Source: Flectonema sp. DT1601 (Eukaryota). From it: a stretch of 64,000 nt of DNA. The notes beneath the pieces are model-generated. The model did no database searches and was not told the DNA's origin. It saw only the letters and a program-made list of their open reading frames with translations. A program made the translations under genes and the position numbers. Location: positions 1 to 64,000 of the forward strand of contig OZ025796.1 in assembly GCA_964019425.1 (NCBI GenBank), written 5' to 3'. This document shows positions 45,429 to 56,262 of the stretch, piece by piece (positions within the stretch are counted from its first letter, which is position 1; every line of letters starts with the position of its first letter).

Positions 45429-47908
45429 CCCCCCCCCCCCCCCCCAGTACGGGAGCTACCACAGAGAAAGCCCGAATAATTTGTACTCTGGACCCAACTA
45501 CGAGCAGCAAAACCAGCCGCGAAATAAAAATAATTCACAGCACTCTTTTATCAACAAATCGATGAACTCCAAAACCACTATTGAGAAAGATAGAAGAGAG
45601 AGAGAGAGAGAGAGATAAGGAAATTCCTTACATTGCATCACTCATACAGCAAACTATGGAGCATCGAGTTAACTCCGAGACTGACAGAATTACAGTTTTA
45701 AAAAAAAAAAAAGTTACAACAACGAGGAGATTAATAAAAATAAATAATCCGCCTGATGATGTTATTTCGAATTGAAGATATCACTCGTTTCCGACAATTC
45801 TTTAAAAAGACACGGGCGTAGAACTCAGGCCAAAAGTTCTGTAAAGAGACAAATGATTTCCTTCCAACTCCTAAAAGCGAAACATTATAACTGCTTACGC
45901 TGAAAATCATTCTCAGAGCTGAGAACCTCAACCTGGGCTGAAATGGTTCTTGTTGTCGGAATGACTGAAAACACTTACGACAGACTGAGTGGTACAAAAG
46001 AATGATGTGAACCAAACGGGTCACAAGTTACGAAAACGAAAAAAAACAGAAAACGAAAAAACAGAACGGATGTAACCTTACCCTGCGCTATTCAGCGAAG
46101 AACGTAAGGCACACTGCGGTACCAGGCCTATCCTACTCATCACGTTTGCCCTTCTCAGCGAAAGAACTACGCTGACACGGTTGGCTCAGCTTTTTGCATC
46201 ACTATAATATTAGATATTTTAGCGGGTGTGATTTACAATATGAGTTTGTTATAAATAGTTCACCAAATCAAAGATTAAAAAAAAATGGAAAAATTAAAAA
46301 ACACATTTCCATTTAGCACTGCGGAATAGCAAGTCATCAGCTTGCACTGATTACGTCCCTGCCATTTGTACACACCTCCCGTCGTTGCTACCGATCGGCT
46401 GTGGGATAGAGCTGGGGGGAGAGAGCTCTCTGCGGACAACCGCATAGAGCGTTTTGAATCCCAGGCCTTAATCTTATGCAACTTGTCCAGCCTTCATCGA
46501 AATGAAGTTAGGATTAATGGTTATCAGTCAATCAAAAATATCAAATCCAAAAGTTCGTAGGACAACAAACAAATAATGGTTAGGTTTCGGCCTAAAATTA
46601 AAAAATCTTTCTTCAGAACATTCCCAACAAGGAAACAAAAAGTACTACAAAGCTTTATTAGTTAATCAGGTGCCTAGCAGTACATCACTTACAAACCGTC
46701 ATTCAGAATAACTAATCGACTACAGGAACTCGAGGTGATGTAATATCAGAGTAGTAGTCAGAAAGAGTTCACTAAATATAAAACAGAGAAACGAAACTAA
46801 TCTAAAAAAAGAAATACCACCGATAGGATAATTATTACTGAAGGGTAAAAAGAGAACTTTGTTTCTGCTGCTTCTCACATTTATTGTGAAGCAGCTTATA
46901 AGTTACAGAAAAAATTAATTGATTTTTTTTTTTTTTTGAAAATGTTGATAAAAAAGGAAAGGATGTCCATTACATTGCGTATTGTGATACAACAAACTAA
47001 GGATCACCGGGTTAACTCCACAGAGTAACGTAAGTGGAATCAAAGATTGGAAGACACAGATGAGAAGAGTCGTTCGGGTCCATCTCCGCAATTCAACAGT
47101 GAGATTAATTGAGCAGCAAATGTCCCTTCCGAAGTACTTCTTATCTGAGTCTTCTTCTGTATCTTAACGACACTCAAATCTCAGTTAAGTTGTTAACAAA
47201 CTGAGTCGACACAAATCACTAAAGATCTGAATCCAAAGAATGTCTACAAATTGGGAAAGGGGAAAGAATTTCGAAAAATTGTTTTTTTTTTTTTTTTTTT
47301 TTTTTTTTTGCAAAAATGATTAAAAACTTGGACGAAGGTGACAACCCGATACTGCAAGTAAATATTATTTATTTCAACATCATTCATTAAGACTGGTATG
47401 CAACAAGCTACCAACAACGTTATTTGTAGAAATGTTGTCCTGATGTGTATCCGGAGGCAACCTCAACATTCAAGACATAGTTATCAAGCCCCCACCAGGT
47501 TGGTACACAAGACCAGCCTGAGAACTTTAACCAGTTCAAATGTCGATAATTTACTATCAGAAAGTCAAAAAAAAAAAAAAGAAATTCCTTTCTGGAATCC
47601 GAATTTCGCTGCTAAGTGTTTTCTGAGAATGTTTCTACTAAAACAACTTTGGATATAATAAAGATGGTGGATTTGGCCATTTTTTGGAGATTTGGGAGAC
47701 TTTTGATCCACCATGTTATTTATAGTTACAGTATTTATTTTGACAAATCCTAACACCCATATATCTTGATAAGCTTACAGGGCATCAGTCAACTTGGACG
47801 AAGGTGACATTCCATTCCGGATTAGTGAGAGGCAGAAATAAAAAATGCGCAAACAGCTAAATTTTCGGGTAGGCATGCAACAGAGAGAAAACTAAAAAAA
47901 GAAAAACT

Positions 47909-50275
47909 TCACAAGGACACCGCAGAATCCCAGGGAAAGTCGTCAACAGCCAGGTTTTCTGTTTGATCGGAAACCTCCCAGTGAAGCAAGTTGTATTCCA
48001 TGTTAACGAACATCGACGCTTCAGACATTTCAGTTGGCAACAACCTTTCGAGTGATGCGAACGGCTGGTTGACTTCACAAAAAGACGGTTTTGTTTTCAT
48101 ACTTCTCTTCGAACTTTTCGAAGAAACGACACCGTCTTCCTCATCATGAGATTCTTGAATGAGACTCCTTTTATAACCAGAGATAACATCAACCATAAAC
48201 TGTAAAACATCATAAGCTGCTCTGAGCAGTACCAAAGAAAGACTGAGTGTCATTAAGTGAGTGCTGCAGGTGTCAAACAGATTTTCATCATCTCCGTAAC
48301 CATGAATTGAAATCAATTGGAGTATTAACGCCGCAAGAATCGCAAAACTCGTTACGATGTGCAAGTGACAGAGTAGTTTGGCAATGTACACATTACATTT
48401 CCATACCAGCACTAATTGAACAAACACAATCACAAATAGAAATGAAATCCGAACTGTACACATCACTATGCCATCTGTTGAAATCCAAGCAGCTGCTACC
48501 AGGAATGGAACTTGACCGTATTCGATAAGAATGTAATTACCTCTCAACCACATTATATTGTGATACACGTCAAAAGTAGTTCCCATCTTCGCGATGTAAT
48601 GCGTTCCAGGAACAACATCTTCCCAAGCTCCTTCCCCAAAAACATAAATCATCAAAGGAGAATGTGATGAGCTCCCCGATGACACACTTCGATATTGACC
48701 CTTACCGTGATCACATCTAAAGAAAATCAACACAGTCACAAATAAGATGATGCAGAAGGTACATCCACCTACTCCAATAATCTTCATCTTTAAGGAACTG
48801 CTATAAATAATTAGTCCTCCTCCGTATTGAAGTATTGAAGGGTACAGTAACAATGAAGGAGGTATCATGACCCCCGGGTATCTCATTAAACTTTTAACAT
48901 TTCTGTTTGGTTTCTGTGACTTCACAACGTAACACAAGATCGTAAACAGAGCGTAGGATGCAAAACAAAGTGCAACGTTTCCTATTACTGCACCAGCCCA
49001 GAAGTTGCCTTCGATAGCAAACATCAGAGGATGAACGATGAATGGAAGTTCTTCACTTGGAAGCCCATCTGTACATTTCATTTGATTCACGATAACCATC
49101 GTCTTGGAAAGAGATCCTCCAGCTCCCGACCCCGCCAACACCGCACCAATTGCAGCACCTCCTGCAGTAGTAGAACCGAATGCCACAGGTACATTTGTCG
49201 GTGTTGGAGACGGCGCTGATGTCGAAGGCTCTGACGTTGAAAGAATCGGAACTTCAGTTGGGATAGAAGTTGGAATACCAGTCGATGGTATTTCAGTCTC
49301 AGGAACAGTTGTGTTTGGGACAGCCGTTGGTGGTATCGGTTCAGCTGTTGGGACCACAGTCGGGATCGCAGTTGGAACTTCTGTTGGGATTGCTGTCGGG
49401 ATTTCTGTTGGGACCACGGTCGGGACCACAGTCGGAATCGCTGTCGGGATCGCTGTCGGGATCGCAGTCGGAGCTATTGTCGGTGGAATTGGATTGACTG
49501 TTATGTTACGACAAGCAGTTCCTAGTTCTAAAAACTGTTTGGTTTCGATATCCAAACAAATTTGATGAGTACCAGGAGAAGTGATTGTAAAATTGATTTC
49601 ATGTTTACCAACTGTAGATAACACAGCTGGGATTGAAGGCATCGCTGTGTAGCTGAGATTAGTAGTGACGTTTACTACTGGGTACTGCGGCAATGTTGGT
49701 GAGTCGAGCAAGTCAACAGTTGCAACCACCTGGTCACCAACCAGAATAGGTGAAGGCAGTGGAGGTATTGTAGTTTCTTTACGAAGCATACATTTCGAAC
49801 TGACTAAAGACGGCGGATTAAGACAATCCCAGTATATTTTAAAACCATACTCCAAATTGCAATTTTGATCGTTGTTCATAAATCTAAGCTTCCAATCTGA
49901 AGTAGGTTCAGAACATTGTATATCAGGCATGGTTGTGTTTATATCCTTTCCTGCTACTAAATCAACATCATTACCAGAAAAGACTGGAATATCTACACCA
50001 CAGCTTGTACTTACTAAATACACTTCAATGGACGTCAATTTTGAAACTGCAGGTACTACACATCTTGTCATGTGTGGACTTGCACGCATCCACACCCTTT
50101 CAATTGACATCGATAATGTGTCAGTAAGTTGGCCAAAACGGTTTATGCTTTGATTCCGCCATTGTGCATTCGATTTTGCAGGTCCCATTTCTCCATTAGC
50201 GTATGATAATTCTATCGCATCAGCTCGAAGTACAAATAAGAACAACAACCATAACATCAGATGGTTGTGAGACAT
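47909..50275 (-). CDS. Surface receptor-like protein copy 3, 788 aa
   Basis: Paralogue of copies 1 and 2 with the same architecture. Confidence 0.92.
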   Translation of the reverse strand: MSHNHLMLWLLFLFVLRADAIELSYANGEMGPAKSNAQWRNQSINRFGQLTDTLSMSIERVWMRASPHMTRCVVPAVSKLTSIEVYLVSTSCGVDIPVFSGNDVDLVAGKDINTTMPDIQCSEPTSDWKLRFMNNDQNCNLEYGFKIYWDCLNPPSLVSSKCMLRKETTIPPLPSPILVGDQVVATVDLLDSPTLPQYPVVNVTTNLSYTAMPSIPAVLSTVGKHEINFTITSPGTHQICLDIETKQFLELGTACRNITVNPIPPTIAPTAIPTAIPTAIPTVVPTVVPTEIPTAIPTEVPTAIPTVVPTAEPIPPTAVPNTTVPETEIPSTGIPTSIPTEVPILSTSEPSTSAPSPTPTNVPVAFGSTTAGGAAIGAVLAGSGAGGSLSKTMVIVNQMKCTDGLPSEELPFIVHPLMFAIEGNFWAGAVIGNVALCFASYALFTILCYVVKSQKPNRNVKSLMRYPGVMIPPSLLLYPSILQYGGGLIIYSSSLKMKIIGVGGCTFCIILFVTVLIFFRCDHGKGQYRSVSSGSSSHSPLMIYVFGEGAWEDVVPGTHYIAKMGTTFDVYHNIMWLRGNYILIEYGQVPFLVAAAWISTDGIVMCTVRISFLFVIVFVQLVLVWKCNVYIAKLLCHLHIVTSFAILAALILQLISIHGYGDDENLFDTCSTHLMTLSLSLVLLRAAYDVLQFMVDVISGYKRSLIQESHDEEDGVVSSKSSKRSMKTKPSFCEVNQPFASLERLLPTEMSEASMFVNMEYNLLHWEVSDQTENLAVDDFPWDSAVSL

Positions 50276-50540
50276 CTTACAAACCTGACAGAGATAAATT
50301 AATTAAAGTTCTTCACTAAAAGTATTAACCATTAATATAAATGTCAATAAAGAACAACAAACCCCTCGATTTCAAGGATCACTCTCCAGGGTACAGCTAA
50401 TCAACATCATCATCGAGTTAACTCCGAGACTGACAGAGTTACAGTTTTAATAAAAAGAAACAAAAGTCACAACAACGAGGAGATTAATAAAAATAAATAA
50501 TCCGCCTGATGATGTTATTTCGAATTGAAGATATCACTCG

Positions 50541-51556
50541 TTTGATTCACGATAACCATCGTCTTGGAAAGAGATCCTCCAGCTCCCGACCCCGCCAACA
50601 CCGCACCAATTGCAGCACCTCCTGCAGTAGTAGAACCGAATGCCACAGGTACATTTGTCGGTGTTGGAGACGGCGCTGATGTCGAAGGCTCTGACGTTGA
50701 AAGAATCGGAACTTCAGTTGGGATAGAAGTTGGAATACCAGTCGATGGTATTTCAGTCTCAGGAACAGTTGTGTTTGGGACAGCCGTTGGTGGTATCGGT
50801 TCAGCTGTTGGGACCACAGTCGGGATCGCAGTTGGAACTTCTGTTGGGATTGCTGTCGGGACTTCTGTTGGGACCACGGTCGGGACCACAGTCGGGATCG
50901 CAGTCGGAGCTATTGTCGATGGAATTGGATTGACTGTTATGTTACGACAAGTAGTTCCTAGTTCTAAAAACTGTTTGGTTTCGATATCCAAACAAATTTG
51001 ATGAGTACCAGGAGAAGTGATTGTAAAATTGATTTCATGTTTACCAACTGTAGATAACACAGCTGGGATTGAAGGCATCGCTGTGTAGCTGAGATTAGTA
51101 GTGACGTTTACTACTGGGTACTGCGGCAATGTTGGTGAGTCGAGCAAGTCAACAGTTGCAACCACCTGGTCACCAACCCGAATAGGTGAAGGCAGTGGAG
51201 GTATTGTAGTTTCCTTACGAAGCATACATTTCGAACTGATTGAAGACGCCGGATTAAGACAATCCCAGTATATTTGAATTTTATACTGCAATTTGCAATT
51301 TTGATCCTTATTCACTATTCTAATCTTCCAATCTGAAGTAGGTTCAGAACATTGTATATCAGTCATGGTTATGTTTAGAAACCTTCCCGGATCATAATCA
51401 TCATTACCAGAACAGACTAGAATATCTACACCACAGCTTGTACTTACTAAATACAAGTCAACAGAGGTCAATTTTGAAACTGCAGGTACTCCACATTTTG
51501 TTATGTCTTTTATTAACCACACATACACCTTCTCAATTGACATCGATAATGTGTCA
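50541..51556 (-). pseudogene. Surface receptor-like protein copy 4, truncated at both ends (ectodomain and stalk only)
   Basis: Homology starts at DTLSM with no in-frame signal-peptide ATG, and stops at MVIVNQ, where it is fused to the spacer module through a TTT microhomology at 50541-50543. Confidence 0.85.
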
Positions 51557-51877
51557 AGTAGTAATAATCGGATTATATAAAATAGCAGAATTAGAAGAAA
51601 AAAAAAGAAAAGTGTTCTCTGTAAACATAAATATTTTTTCGGTAAGATTGGCGTGCAAATCTCAGCGAGCAGATCTTAATAAAAAAATTTGAAATGAAAA
51701 GAAAGAAAAAAAAAACAAGTAGTGTTTTTTCAAAATTAAAAAACAAAAAGCTTCCTTTTTATGAAATCCAAAAAAGAAATTGTTTCTGACGGTCAGCTTA
51801 AAAGTTTTAAAAATTGTTAACAAGTTTATTGGGAGGAAAAGAAACAATAGGGGAGTTTTTTTTTTTTTTTTTTTCCA

Positions 51878-54800
51878 TCATGGAGGTGGTGTTTTCTTCC
51901 CACCGTCTATTTTATCTTTCATCCAAGCAAAGCGTTTCTTCACATTTTTAACGATGTCTCCCTTACTCGCAACAGCTGCATTCTTCATATTCAACAGAGC
52001 TGCCTGAGCCTTGTATTTCTTACTGATAGAAAGTCTGAGATTCGAAAGTTTCAATGCTTGATAACTTAAAAACGATTGTGAAGAAGACAATACAAATCTA
52101 TTTGGTGGATCCATCGCGACGCACTTTACTGCTGCATCTGAAGAACTAAAAACAACAATAACTGATATAGATTGTGTTGTGTGTTGACAATCATCAATTG
52201 AACTACACTGACTCAAACACTGCCAACAGAAGACTCGTTCTACGCTGCTTCCTAATTGTTTCCGTAATTGTGAAATAGTACCTTGATACTCAGATATAAA
52301 CGAACATGATTTCATGTTGATATTCATTTGTTGCCACGCTGTAGTTAACGTGCTGGAATTTCCGACAAGTTTATTAAAAAGCAAATCGTTCCCGAGAAGC
52401 AAATTAATTGAACGAGTTCGCTTTCTGTCAGTAAATTGGTTTTGAAATCTTCTCGAGAGTGAGATAGAGATGTTGGTCTTTTTATGTCTTCCCTTAGAAT
52501 CCTGAGGAAGGTATGATCGCAGAGGTCCGCTGTGCATAGCTGGTGAATTACAATAGAGTGTGGCACAAGCATCACCAGTGTCAATGAAACACATCGCTAA
52601 TGCAGAAAGAACACTCCGAGGGACTTCAACTACGGTGTTGTCGAGTTGTGTTCCACTTAGCGGCCAAGAATCACCTGGACATCCTTCAACAACATCAGCA
52701 TCTACAGAAGCTAAGTGATGATACTGTTCACCCAATGCCTGTAAACATAAATAAAAACAAGCCACGTTAGTTCTGTCTAATGAATCAGCGCAGTTAACTC
52801 TCATGATTCCCGTCTGACGTGATTGGATTGAAGAAACCGGAAATTCATCTTCAGTCGGAGGGGCACACAACACACCAGATGTAACTCCGTGATCTTTCAT
52901 TGTTGGCATTGCCATGTCCCAGAGAGTTTCGATAGTTCTCTTCTCTCCGTACTTCTTACACGATCCATGCCAATCTAAATGTTTTACGGCAGTGCTGTGA
53001 AACTTCAAAGTTGGAGATGGCGCCTGCGGTTGTTTTGGTAATCCCTGTACTGCCCAGGATTCACATTGCAGCCTTCGGTCGAGAGCGAAAAGAGACAACT
53101 CAAAGAAATACGTTAGAAGTGTCTCGCCCTTGAACACAAATTGATCTTCGCGAATGCTAAGAATTCGAGAACCAGATTGCTCAATCGGGAGAGACAATGG
53201 CGACTGGGATTGTGATTTACTTGGAGAAGGACTTTCTTCTTCTTCACCACCTGATGTTGGAAGGTCTGTGTCACTAATCGAACTGTCGCTATCATCATCT
53301 TCATCACCTTCTGAAAGAGGTTTCTGCATCAAGTCATTGTTGTTTATATTCTGACTGTACCCCATCTCAATACCAAACTCTGAGTCTTCTGCTGTTACGT
53401 CTGCTTTCGGTAATGTATCTGACATCGTAACGATCTCATGCCAACCTGCATTGTGATGGCGATCTGAACGAGCCATCACCCACCCACTTCCTCTAATCTT
53501 TAACCATCCTCCTACTTCAGATGAGACGGAAACCACATCTCCGGGTTGATAGTTTTTGACAACACGAGCCTTGCGGTTTGGAGAGTCCATTGAAGGCCAG
53601 TTAGTGTTACCCAGTATATTATAAGGTCCTAATATAAACGCTCTGAGTGGTGATTCTGTTTCCATGTGAGAGGTCATTGGTGGGGTTTGAAGGAAGAAAT
53701 CACTTCTACTCGACCCAAGATCAGTTGGTGATTTTGGACTACTACTTCTCGCAGTCGCTGCAAGAAGAGGAGAACTAGTTGGACTTCCCTGCTCTGTGTC
53801 TTCTAAAGAATCTAACCAGTTCGGAATAACAGTTGATCCATGACATCTGTTTAAAGTATTTCTTAGTAAGTTAATATTTAAAACATTTCTAGTATTGTGT
53901 CTCGCCCAGAATCTTTGCCAATAGTCAGCAACTCCGCGAAAAGGCTGCTTGTCCACCGTCAGCGTTGCGGTCACTTGAGTCTTTTTCAATCGATGTGCCC
54001 ACCTCAATGGAACAGTTCCTCGTGCCCAAGTAAATGATGACCAAGAATACGATGGGGTACTCAGTGCTTGTTCGAATGAACCACTAGGAGCTTGAGAAGT
54101 CGGGGTGACAGGACCATGCTCTCGACTTTTTGTAAATTTCAGACCGAGTGGTTTGCTAAGTAGACCAGACTCCTTGTAGTACTCATGATAGACTATCTGT
54201 TCACATTCATATTCATTACCACATCCTGGAGAGGTTGGAGAAAGACCACGAGATTCGTATCGAGATCCAGGATTGAGATTCTTCTGTCGAGTTATCAGAG
54301 TTGCGAACACATCCGTTCCGTTCCCTGTCGACGACAGAGGACTGGTCTCTGCAATCCCGCGAAGTATTGGAGGAATCAGAGAGTCGAGACCAAGTTTCTT
54401 AAAACCTCCGGATATTTCAAAATTCCAAGTAAAGTCAGGGTCACAGACCTTCCACAATTCAGATACAGATCGAACAAAAGTGTGATGCGTATGATCTGAA
54501 AGACTTCTACCATCATCAATTGGACACCAGGGATGTGTCGCATCATATGTTGTGGAGTAGAAATGAACACCACTCAAATCAACCGACGACAACACTTTAC
54601 TCGCTGCATCAGATTGATATAATCCAGACTCTTTAGATGCTGGTTCTAATAACATAACAGGATTTATTAATGATATCTTTATCCATTGACTTCCTGTTAT
54701 AGTTCTTATTTGATGTACTGGCCATCCTGGTAGCCTTGCAGTGACCTCAGCACTCTTTATGATTAAAAGATTACCCTCAGTACCTCCTCGAGTATAACCA

Positions 54801-55059
54801 GCTATTGCGTCAAAAGGTGTTTCGGTTGCGGGGTGGCCTGTTTTTTTTGAAATAATATTGCAGAAAAGGTTAGTTTCCACTTTGGGAAGTAAACAAACAT
54901 ACCGACAGCAATCGCTGCTTGCAATGAATTCCTATCTCTCTTTACAAGTTCTCCGCTGTAGGGGTCTACCTCAATACATATATCTGCATCACTGAATGAT
55001 ATCCATGTTGAGGGTGCTGCTGATGGCTCACCCACGAGTTGGACAACAGTACCTCGCAT
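51878..55059 (-). CDS. SAC-domain phosphoinositide phosphatase (SAC9-like), 1038 aa; exons 55059-54903 and 54837-51878
   Basis: Catalytic RVNCADSLDRTN (CX5RT), WARGTVPLRW, GSRYESRGL and GNEYECEQIV motifs. The 65-nt intron 54838-54902 (GTATGT...ACTAAC...CAG) joins the 55059 ORF in frame. Confidence 0.92.
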
Positions 55060-55134
55060 TGCCCTGAGATGATGTAAATAATGAGTAAATAAAAATTCAA
55101 ATAAAAATATTCGCGCGCAACGATAGCTATTAAA

Positions 55135-55165
<31 letters not shown>

Positions 55166-55386
55166 GTCCCCGTATTTTTTTCCGTTAACTTATTTTTTTT
55201 TTTTTTTTTTTTTTCTCCTTCTCGTTGTTACTTCAGAGTGAGAATCTGTCCACCAAAACGCCATCCGAGGGTAAGAAGTTTCTCAGACGACAGGTTTCTT
55301 ATTTTGTTATGAAGTCAAAAAGACGTTTGACTAAGTGAGGCTCAACTATACTAAATACTAATTACCTCATCAAACATTAAATCTAT

Positions 55387-56262
55387 TCAGTCGAGATCTA
55401 ACGCAGCAGATACTTTCGGAGCTGGTGCCGGAGCTGGTGCTGCCGCAGGTGCAGTGGAAACGATGCTTCCGTTTAGCATCGCAGCGTTCAGAGCGGCTGC
55501 TTCATTAACTGCGTCTGAATACATTCCACCAAAGTATAGTTCGCGAGTTCTTTCGGCTGCTTTTCGACTGACGACGTCTTTTTGAAAAAAAGACTCCAAT
55601 TTAGCAACCAAATGATCATAAAGTCCAACAGACTTCTGTTCTAAACTTCTGTGAAGGAAGTAAGGAATTCCAACTCCTTCAGTCCCGTCAGTTGCTACAC
55701 GTTTAGCGGTGGTGTGATGACCGTTGCTGAGTAAGAGAAGGTAGAGTCGTATTTTAATGAGATTTAACTCCTTTTCGGGAACTACATTTGATTTAGTGAT
55801 AGTCGCCAGGAAGTTGGCTGTGCCAGAAACGTCACCCGATTTGATTAACACAGATTCCGCAAGACCGAACTTCTTAATTGCTAAAGAACATTTTACGAAA
55901 CTCTTTTGAATATTCAAAAGATCGGATTCAGTTGAGGCTACCTTACCCTGCTGCTGAAGCTCAAGAACTATTTTTAGTATTTTGAATTCAGTTTCGTTAT
56001 TCTTAATCGATTCGCATATCTCTTGTGCGATCGCAACACCACTTTTCTCAACAGCAGCCTTGGCTAACTCTACACACAATTCAATTTGACCATTTGATGC
56101 AAACCCGGCCGCTCCCGGCACTGCAATGGATCGAACCTTCTCATCATCTCTGGCTCTTGAGATCTGCCCGAGGAATATTTCATACGCTCCGTAATGGTCA
56201 CCAGTTTCCATCATTCCTTCTGCCCGAAGTAGGAGACCCGATTTTTTTGCAGGAGGATCCAT
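55387..56262 (-). CDS. GET4: GET4/TRC35-like helical protein, 291 aa (start MDPPAK)
   Basis: GDHYGAYEIF...GAAGFASNGQ...ELA resembles the GET4 N-terminus; ELYFG and the acidic DLD end also fit. Recognition from memory, not a search. Confidence 0.6.
   Translation of the reverse strand: MDPPAKKSGLLLRAEGMMETGDHYGAYEIFLGQISRARDDEKVRSIAVPGAAGFASNGQIELCVELAKAAVEKSGVAIAQEICESIKNNETEFKILKIVLELQQQGKVASTESDLLNIQKSFVKCSLAIKKFGLAESVLIKSGDVSGTANFLATITKSNVVPEKELNLIKIRLYLLLLSNGHHTTAKRVATDGTEGVGIPYFLHRSLEQKSVGLYDHLVAKLESFFQKDVVSRKAAERTRELYFGGMYSDAVNEAAALNAAMLNGSIVSTAPAAAPAPAPAPKVSAALDLD

Larger units (their letters stand above)
30505..51556 (-). repeat. Tandem segmental-duplication array (surface-protein gene plus shared spacer modules)
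   Basis: The spacer module AACAACGAGGAGATTAATAAAAATAAATAATCCGCCTGATG recurs at ~30530, 36210, 45720 and 50470; other shared blocks at ~31180/36400/46680 and ~33260/37660/38260. Confidence 0.92.

Noticed and set aside
34859..51001. Plus-strand ORFs (MERDPPAP..., MEYQSMVF...) repeated in the array
   Set aside because: Antisense shadows of the PT-rich stalk coding region.
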